Of a DNA stretch of 64,000 nucleotides, positions 57,763 to 64,000 are shown in pieces; position 1 is the first letter of the stretch, and every line of letters starts with the position of its first letter. Under the pieces are notes generated by a model. That model had not been told where the DNA came from. It made no database searches and worked only from the letters and a program-made list of their open reading frames with translations. Source of the stretch: Candidatus Nezhaarchaeales archaeon. GTDB taxonomy: Archaea; Thermoproteota; Methanomethylicia; Nezhaarchaeales; WYZ-LMO8. Position numbers and translations under genes: made by a program. Location: contig JAWAKK010000001.1 of NCBI GenBank assembly GCA_038887515.1, forward strand, positions 192,001 through 256,000. The letters run 5' to 3'.

Positions 57763-58509
57763 ATGATAAACTATTGGGTGCAACGCATGCTTGAAGGAAA
57801 AGGGTTATCAAAATATTTCGGTAAACTAGCAGCAGTTAAAGATGTTAACTTCAAGATATGCGAAAGGGAAATAGTGGGCCTCATAGGTCCAAATGGTTCC
57901 GGAAAAACGACTTTATTTAACGTAATATCAGGATTCTACAAACCGGAAACAGGTAAAGTCTTCTTCATGGGGAAAGACATAACAGGTCTTCCCCCTTTTA
58001 AGATATGTAGAATGGGTATTGCAAGGACGTTTCAACTTATTAGGCCCTTCTTGACCATGACGGTGCTTGAGAACGTAATGGTTGGTAGCCTATATGGCGC
58101 CGGTAAGGGTATGATTACTAGTCGAGAAGAAGCCATGGAACTCCTCAAATTCGTCGGGTTAGACAAGAAAAAAGACGTCTTAGCAAGCCAGCTTAACCTT
58201 TGCGAGCGAAAATTCCTTGAAATCGCGAGGGCCTTAGCTACGAAACCTAAGGTGCTTTTACTTGATGAACCATTAAGCGGTCTAAACCCTACGGAGATAC
58301 TTCAAGCAAGAGAACTAATCAGAAAAATTAGGGACGACTTCGGAATTACAGTGTTTTGGGTAGAACACATAATGAAGGCCCTAAGAGGAGTCGTTGAAAG
58401 AGTCATCGTATTGAATTATGGAGAGAAGATAGCCGAGGGCCCCCTCGAAGAGGTCACGCGAGACCCTAAGGTCGTAGAAGCTTACTTAGGAGAGAGGTGG
58501 ATGATCTAG
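57763..58509 (+). CDS. livG: LIV-type ABC transporter ATP-binding protein
   Basis: GPNGSGKTT, GIARTFQ, LLDEP..GLN, VEH, V.EAYLG; start may be ATG 57787. Confidence 0.92.
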   Translation: MINYWVQRMLEGKGLSKYFGKLAAVKDVNFKICEREIVGLIGPNGSGKTTLFNVISGFYKPETGKVFFMGKDITGLPPFKICRMGIARTFQLIRPFLTMTVLENVMVGSLYGAGKGMITSREEAMELLKFVGLDKKKDVLASQLNLCERKFLEIARALATKPKVLLLDEPLSGLNPTEILQARELIRKIRDDFGITVFWVEHIMKALRGVVERVIVLNYGEKIAEGPLEEVTRDPKVVEAYLGERWMI

Positions 58510-58518
58510 GTGATATGA

Positions 58519-59226
58519 ATGCTTGAAGTACAAAACGTAGACGTATTTTACGGAGAGCTGCAAGTCCTATGGGGTGTTTCGTTAAAGGTTGAGAAGGGCG
58601 AGATAGTTGCATTGATAGGTCCTAATGGAGCAGGCAAATCAACACTATGCAAGTCGGTCATAGGCTTGCTCCGCCCAAAGAACGGCACCATCACATTCAT
58701 GGGCAAGCGGATAGACAACTTATCAACGCCAGACATAATAAGGCTCGGAATATCCATAGTACCAGAGGGTCGAAGGCTCTTTGGAAACATGACAGTAAGG
58801 GAAAACCTCGAACTTGGAGCATACGTTTCCGAGGTCAGAAAGAACATAGGTGAACAGCTTGAATGGGTCTTCAACATATTCCCCATATTAAAGGAAAGGC
58901 AGAATCAGCTTGCAGGAAGTTTGAGCGGTGGCCAGCAACAGATGTTGGCTATAGCGAGAGCTTTGATGTCGAAACCTAGGTTCCTAATACTCGATGAGCC
59001 GTCGCTCGGTTTAGCACCGAAAGTTGTGCTCACAGTTTATGAAATTATAAGGAAGTTGCGCGATGAAGGGGTAACCATACTTCTAGTCGAGCAGTATGCT
59101 AGTCAAGCTTTGAAGAACTCCGATAAAGCTTTCATACTTGAAAATGGGAGGATCGTTGGTTGGGGGGCGTCAGAAAACCTTCTTAAAGACGAACGTGTTA
59201 GGAAAGCTTACTTAGGAGAGGAGTAG
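58519..59226 (+). CDS. livF: LIV-type ABC transporter ATP-binding protein
   Basis: GPNGAGKST, VPEGRRLF, LSGGQQQMLAIARALM, DEPSLGLAP, VEQ. Confidence 0.94.
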   Translation: MLEVQNVDVFYGELQVLWGVSLKVEKGEIVALIGPNGAGKSTLCKSVIGLLRPKNGTITFMGKRIDNLSTPDIIRLGISIVPEGRRLFGNMTVRENLELGAYVSEVRKNIGEQLEWVFNIFPILKERQNQLAGSLSGGQQQMLAIARALMSKPRFLILDEPSLGLAPKVVLTVYEIIRKLRDEGVTILLVEQYASQALKNSDKAFILENGRIVGWGASENLLKDERVRKAYLGEE

Positions 59227-59227
59227 C

Positions 59228-60112
59228 ATGTCTGTTCCTGGACTTACAGACTTATTAAGCATAGGAAACATAGTAGTCAACGGCTTGCTCCTTGGCGGTC
59301 TATTCGCATTAATAGCGTTTGGATTATCGGTATTCGTGGGAGTCATGAGGGTTATAAACATAGCTCACGGAGACTTTGCAATTTTATCAGCATACTTTGC
59401 GCTATCAATAATGTTATTCCTAAGAGTTGATCCTTTCATAAGCTTAATAGCCGTTGTACCGATAATGTTCGTGGTGGGCTACGCCTTTCAAAGGTTCATA
59501 ATAAATAGGCTACTCCCCATGGGAGCTAACCAACCTGTCATAGCGACTTTTGCACTAAGCATCGTAATACAAAATCTATTACTCTTGACTTTCACAGCGG
59601 ACGCCCGAAGCCTGATAGTTCCCTACTTACTAGAGCCCCTAGAATTCTTTGGAATAAGCATTTCACGACGCTACGGGGTGAGCTTCCTTACTGCCCTTAT
59701 AATGTTCGTGGCTATATACTTCTTCCTTAAGAAGACTTATACCGGCAAGGCTATGCGAGCGGTGCCATTTGATATCGAAGCTGCGAAAATGCTTGGAATA
59801 AGGCCCTTCTCGATCTATAATTTTGCGGCAGGCTTCGCTATGATTGCGGTAGCTGTTGCAGGCGTGCTGTTAGGTATGGTTTTCACATTTTACCCCGATA
59901 CGGGCCCGATGTTCCTATTATTGTCTTTCGGAGCCGTAGTGGTCGGGGGCGTTGGAAGCCTAAAGGGAACTCTCATAGGAGGCATAATAATGGGCGAAGC
60001 ACTGGTCCTGGGAGGATACTTGGGTTCACACTACCAGTTAATGTTTTGCTACCTAGTAATATTAGCAATCCTAATAGCAAGACCTCAAGGAATCTTCGGG
60101 GAGAGGTTCTAA
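59228..60112 (+). CDS. livH: LIV-type ABC transporter permease
   Basis: NGL..G...AL.A.GL....GV..VIN.AHG, T..GKAMRAV, VVGG.GS..G, RPQG.FG. Confidence 0.92.
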   Translation: MSVPGLTDLLSIGNIVVNGLLLGGLFALIAFGLSVFVGVMRVINIAHGDFAILSAYFALSIMLFLRVDPFISLIAVVPIMFVVGYAFQRFIINRLLPMGANQPVIATFALSIVIQNLLLLTFTADARSLIVPYLLEPLEFFGISISRRYGVSFLTALIMFVAIYFFLKKTYTGKAMRAVPFDIEAAKMLGIRPFSIYNFAAGFAMIAVAVAGVLLGMVFTFYPDTGPMFLLLSFGAVVVGGVGSLKGTLIGGIIMGEALVLGGYLGSHYQLMFCYLVILAILIARPQGIFGERF

Positions 60113-60113
60113 G

Positions 60114-61064
60114 ATGTCCATACTAAAATTTGAGCTTAAACGAAACTATGTTTACATAGTAGTCGTAATAGCAATACTTGCATCCCTACCTATGTGGGTA
60201 GGCGGCTTTTTGAGAGATGCATTGATACTCTTCTTCTTATACCTTGCTGCTGCTGAGGTCTGGGGCTTTATGGCTAAGCACGCCGGCATGGTTTCTCTAG
60301 GTCAACAAATTTTCATAGGAATTGGAGGCTATATGACTGCGGTCCTATGTATGTATGAGGGCCTGCCGTTGTGGGCTAGTGTTATAGTCGCCGCCTTAAT
60401 AGGGAGTGGATTGGCAGCAGCCCTCTCCTTTCCGTTGTTAAGGTTGCGCGGCATTTACTTCTCGATAGGCTCCTTCCTTACAGCTGAAATTATTAAGTTA
60501 ATCTTCAATAGCTGGGAGTACGTTGGCGCCGGTAAGGGGCTAATATTTGTCGGAGCCTACGGTATACCCACGACAGTAATCTACTACCCTGCCATGGTTA
60601 TCGGTCTGTCCTCTATGTTCTTAATATATTACTTGTACCATTCAAAGCTAGGCTTCGGCCTTAGAAGCATAGGAGCTGATGAAGATGCTGCCGCTAGCCT
60701 TGGCGTTGACACATTTAGATGTAAAGCTCTCCTCTTCGTCTTTTCCGGCTTCATTACAAGCTTAGTGGGAGCAATAAATGCAATCCACCATACCTATCTA
60801 CATCCAACTTCAGCATTCAACATACTTTGGACGGTAAGCTTCCTATTCGTAGCGGTCCTGGGAGGACTTGGAACGATAATTGGGCCAGTTATCGGAAGCG
60901 CTATCTTTACGGCTTTAACATACTTGTTCTCTATGTACATTGGGCTAAGCCTGCTACTAGAGGGATTGGTCGTACTCGTTATATTACTGGTAGTTCCAGG
61001 AGGAATTTGGGGCTCCATAGCAAAGAAGTTGAGATACAAGATAAAACTAAAAGAACCCCTCTAA
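60114..61064 (+). CDS. livM: LIV-type ABC transporter permease
   Basis: G.VSLG...F.G.GGY, RLRG.YF.I, S..G..LR.I..DE.AA..LGV, GG.GT..GP..G. Confidence 0.92.
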   Translation: MSILKFELKRNYVYIVVVIAILASLPMWVGGFLRDALILFFLYLAAAEVWGFMAKHAGMVSLGQQIFIGIGGYMTAVLCMYEGLPLWASVIVAALIGSGLAAALSFPLLRLRGIYFSIGSFLTAEIIKLIFNSWEYVGAGKGLIFVGAYGIPTTVIYYPAMVIGLSSMFLIYYLYHSKLGFGLRSIGADEDAAASLGVDTFRCKALLFVFSGFITSLVGAINAIHHTYLHPTSAFNILWTVSFLFVAVLGGLGTIIGPVIGSAIFTALTYLFSMYIGLSLLLEGLVVLVILLVVPGGIWGSIAKKLRYKIKLKEPL

Positions 61065-61136
61065 TGGTTCATAATTGAAGGAGCTCGATGATTACCCGGT
61101 AATAAAACTTTTATTCTTTTTCATTACTATATTCTA

Positions 61137-62507
61137 TTGATTCTTATGAAGAAGACGTATGCTGCAATCATTGCTATAGTGGTCGTTGTCGTCGTTATTG
61201 TTGCGGGCGTTGCCGCCTACTTCTTAACCCTACCTCCACCAGGTCCAGCTGCCCCCGAGTACATAAAGATCGGCTGGCCAGTCCCATTAACTGGGGGCAT
61301 AGCAGCCTTCGGAGAGCCAGATCCTTGGATTGCTAGACAAATCGAGGATTACGTTAACAACGTTATGGGCGGCGTTTACTTAGCTGAGTACGGTAAGAAG
61401 GTCCCGATAAAGATCATTATGAGGGATACTAAGAGCGATCCTAATACTGCTGCTTCAGTTGCTGCTGAGCTAATAACTAGAGAGAACGTAGACTTAATGG
61501 TAGTCCTACACACGCCCGGAACAGTTAACCCGGTAACGGGGCAATGTGAGAGGTACGGGGTACCATGCATAGCTCTCGATTGTCCCGTGCTCTCATGGCT
61601 TGAAGGTGCTCCTTACAGGTGGTCGTACTTAGCGTTCTGGACTGAAGTCGACGTAGCCCACGTTTTTGTGGGGATATGGGACTCCTTGGGAGACAAGACT
61701 AACAAAGTTGTTGCAGGTCTATGGAGCGATGATCCTGACGGCAGGACGTTCCGAGAACTAACAGTTAAGCTGGCAAGGACACGGGGATATAGAGTTATAG
61801 ACTCCGGCTTAGTGCCCTACGGCACCTCCGATTTCAGCACATACATTGAAGAGTGGAAGAGAGCTGGAGCAGAAATACTTACTGGGAACTTTATTCCACC
61901 AGACTTTGCTACTCTCTGGAGGCAATGCCGTGAGCGCAGCTTTGTACCTAAAGTCGCTACAATAGGAAGGTCAGTTCTCTTCCCAGCTCAAGTAGAGGCC
62001 CTAGGAGGCGACTTAGGGGTCGGCCTGACAACTGAAGTATGGGTGCACGTGGTTTCTCCATTCCATTCATCGCTGACTGGCCAGACTCCAAGAGACCTAG
62101 CTGAAGCATACGAAAAAGCTTCGGGCAAACAGTGGAGTACGCCGTTAATATTCTCGCACGCGGCTTTCGAGCTAGTGGTCGACGTTCTTAAGAGGGCTGG
62201 TAGCTTGGATAAGGAGAAGGTTAGGGTGGCTATTGCGAATACTGACTTGGATACCATTGTTGGTCACATAAACTACAAGAAGCCGTTAAAGGAGATACTT
62301 AGCCCCGAAGAGTATGCAATCTACCAAGAATATCCGAAGTTGGTACAATACCAAGACCACTACTCCATAACTCCAGTCATCGGCGGACAGTGGGTTAGAG
62401 GGACGAAGTGGCCGTTCGAGCTCGAAGTAATCTACAACTGGAAGTACGGCAACATACCAGAAACAGCACCAGTAAGGCTTATACCCGAACTTCTCGGCAG
62501 AACATAA
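61137..62507 (+). CDS. LIV-type (PBP1) ABC substrate-binding protein, TM-anchored
   Basis: IKIG...PLTG..A.FG, D.KSD...A, DFS, PPDF, D.DTIVGHI. The ligand cannot be read from sequence; this family includes aromatic-acid binders. Confidence 0.88.
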   Translation: MILMKKTYAAIIAIVVVVVVIVAGVAAYFLTLPPPGPAAPEYIKIGWPVPLTGGIAAFGEPDPWIARQIEDYVNNVMGGVYLAEYGKKVPIKIIMRDTKSDPNTAASVAAELITRENVDLMVVLHTPGTVNPVTGQCERYGVPCIALDCPVLSWLEGAPYRWSYLAFWTEVDVAHVFVGIWDSLGDKTNKVVAGLWSDDPDGRTFRELTVKLARTRGYRVIDSGLVPYGTSDFSTYIEEWKRAGAEILTGNFIPPDFATLWRQCRERSFVPKVATIGRSVLFPAQVEALGGDLGVGLTTEVWVHVVSPFHSSLTGQTPRDLAEAYEKASGKQWSTPLIFSHAAFELVVDVLKRAGSLDKEKVRVAIANTDLDTIVGHINYKKPLKEILSPEEYAIYQEYPKLVQYQDHYSITPVIGGQWVRGTKWPFELEVIYNWKYGNIPETAPVRLIPELLGRT

Positions 62508-62527
62508 ATCTTCAGAAACTTCATACT

Positions 62528-62580
62528 ATTTTTTTGTGTAAAGTCTTAGAGAGAAGAAAATTTTCTTCTCTTTTTTTTAA
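62528..62580 (+). terminator. Oligo(T) terminator candidates after the LIV operon
   Basis: Runs of 7-8 T at about 62529 and 62571. Confidence 0.45.
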
Positions 62581-62635
62581 ATTTTATCCATGAAATTTAA
62601 TCATGCTACTTCTTTTTTTCACTACTTATTGAGAG

Positions 62636-62651
62636 GTGCAAACCTTAAATA
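62636..62651 (+). promoter_or_regulatory. BRE-TATA promoter for the AthL-like gene
   Basis: GTGCAAAC-CTTAAATA about 28 nt upstream of GTG 62680, consistent with a leaderless or short-leader transcript. Confidence 0.45.
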
Positions 62652-62679
62652 CTCACTTCATGTCCCTTACCTATTTATT

Positions 62680-64000
62680 GTGGGAACCTTGCCTGAACCT
62701 GAGACCGGTTTTGGTATATTATTGCCTGACGGTACTAGGCGATGCACTGGCTGTACTGTCGGCGGACCAGTGTTCGCCTACGTCAAAGACGGAAAGATAA
62801 CTAGGGTGACGCCAATCGAATTCGGGCCAGACGATGCTGAAAGCTGGGAAATAGAGGCTAGAGGGAGAGTCTTTAGACCTCCTCGAAAGGCACTTGTAGC
62901 GCCATACGTCTTGTCTGTTAGGAGCAGAATTTACTCGCCCGAAAGGCTACTGACGCCCATGAAGAGGATTGACTTTGATCCTGACGCTCCACCTGACAAG
63001 AGAAAGCAAGAAAACAGGGGGAAGTCGGGTTACGAACCTATAACTTGGGAAGAAGCTCTAGAGATAGTTGCCAACGAGATAGAGAGGGTTAGGAGGCAGT
63101 ACGGACCTGAAGCGATTGCCGCTACAGCAGATTCTCACTACGAGTGGGGCAACATACACTATAGGCATAGCACTCGCTTTAGGTTCTTCAACTTACTTGG
63201 TTTCACTTACGTAGATCATAACCCTGATAGCTGGGAGGGATGGCATTGGGGAGCAATGCACATGTGGGGCTTCAGCTGGAGGTTGGGTATCCCCGAACAG
63301 TACGATCTATTGTGGGACGCATTAAACCACTGCGACATGATCGTGTTCTGGAGTGCAGACCCGGATACGAATAGAGCTATAGGCTATCAAGGATATGAGT
63401 CAGCCCCCTGGAGGCTTTGGCTTAAGGAGCTCGGAGTCAAGGTCGTGGCTGTAGATCCGTTCTACAATTGGACAGCCCACATTATGTGGGCCGACAAGTG
63501 GTTTGCCCCTAGACCCGGTACCGATACTGCGCTGGCGGCAGCAATAGCCTATGTATGGATAACGGAGGATAGATACGACAAGAAGTTCGTTGAGACTAAA
63601 TGTTATGGATTTGACGAATTCAAGAAGTACATCCTCGGAGAAGCCGATCATACACCTAAGACCCCCAAGTGGGCTGAAGAACTGACCGGAATACCGGCTC
63701 GAGAAATAGTGGCGCTTGCTAGAGAGTGGGCTTCGAAGAGGACGATGCTAGCCGCTGGAGGTCTAGGTGGTTGGGGCGGAGCGTGTAGGAGTGCATATGG
63801 TCATGAGTGGGCCAGGTTCATGGTTGCTCTTGCCGCAATGCAAGGCATCGGAAAGCCGGGAGTCAACATTTGGGGTACTACGCAAGGCGCCCCCGTTGAC
63901 TGCACGTTCTTCTTCCCAGGATACGCTGAAGGTGGTATCTCGGGAGACCCCGTGAAGAGCGCTGCCTTCAAGAACCTATTAGCTCGCGGAATGACTAAGA
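62680..64000 (+). CDS. athL: Molybdopterin oxidoreductase, pyrogallol-phloroglucinol transhydroxylase large subunit (AthL)-like; truncated by the right window edge, not in ORF track
   Basis: Manual translation from GTG 62680/TTG 62689 is open to the edge: GGPVFAYVKDGKITR..W.IEARG..F.PPRK..PMKR.DFDP..SHYEWGNIHYRHS..HNPDSWEGWHWGAMHMWGFSWRLG.PEQYDLL..GGLGGWGGACR..GKPG.N.W.TTQG.P..FPGYAEGGISGD. Confidence 0.9.
   Translation, partial: MGTLPEPETGFGILLPDGTRRCTGCTVGGPVFAYVKDGKITRVTPIEFGPDDAESWEIEARGRVFRPPRKALVAPYVLSVRSRIYSPERLLTPMKRIDFDPDAPPDKRKQENRGKSGYEPITWEEALEIVANEIERVRRQYGPEAIAATADSHYEWGNIHYRHSTRFRFFNLLGFTYVDHNPDSWEGWHWGAMHMWGFSWRLGIPEQYDLLWDALNHCDMIVFWSADPDTNRAIGYQGYESAPWRLWLKELGVKVVAVDPFYNWTAHIMWADKWFAPRPGTDTALAAAIAYVWITEDRYDKKFVETKCYGFDEFKKYILGEADHTPKTPKWAEELTGIPAREIVALAREWASKRTMLAAGGLGGWGGACRSAYGHEWARFMVALAAMQGIGKPGVNIWGTTQGAPVDCTFFFPGYAEGGISGDPVKSAAFKNLLARGMTK

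Noticed and set aside
63400-63955. Short ORFs 63400-63651 (-) and 63767-63955 (+) from the track
   Set aside because: Both lie inside the long AthL-like reading frame and are alternative-frame artefacts.
1-64000. CRISPR array, tRNA/rRNA genes, transposases or integrases
   Set aside because: No regularly spaced repeats, cloverleaf or rRNA-like tracts, or mobile-element ORFs were seen by eye.

Overview
Gene-dense archaeal window from a probably thermophilic anaerobe. It carries reverse gyrase, AGOG, Elp3, archaeal PoK/PPS CoA enzymes and TATA-type promoters. The gene content fits a Thermoproteota lineage such as Nezhaarchaeales, Culexarchaeia, Methanomethylicia or Bathyarchaeia, but the lineage cannot be fixed from this window. 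Positions 1-40 kb hold housekeeping genes and many methanopterin/methanofuran biosynthesis genes (MJ0301-like MBL, mptE, mptA, DUF447, DHPS-like, dmrX, mptD, mfnA, mfnD). They also hold two unannotated box C/D sRNAs, a frameshifted DUF2703 gene and a minimal kinase-like protein. Positions 40-64 kb look like a catabolic region. It contains an SCP2-like/FAD/Fe-S(CCG)/FAD oxidoreductase operon, a corrinoid ABC importer, a four-part MtoA/D/C/B-like corrinoid O-demethylase module, a CocE/NonD-fold protein with a remodelled active site, a Na+/solute symporter with an unannotated small partner, and a LIV-type ABC transporter. A pyrogallol-phloroglucinol transhydroxylase (AthL)-like molybdoenzyme, absent from the ORF track, runs off the right edge. 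The best candidate for a new system is this archaeal coupling of methoxy-aromatic demethylation to a polyphenol ring-modifying Mo enzyme. No CRISPR array, tRNA, rRNA or mobile element was seen. All family assignments come from motif recognition by eye, not from database searches.
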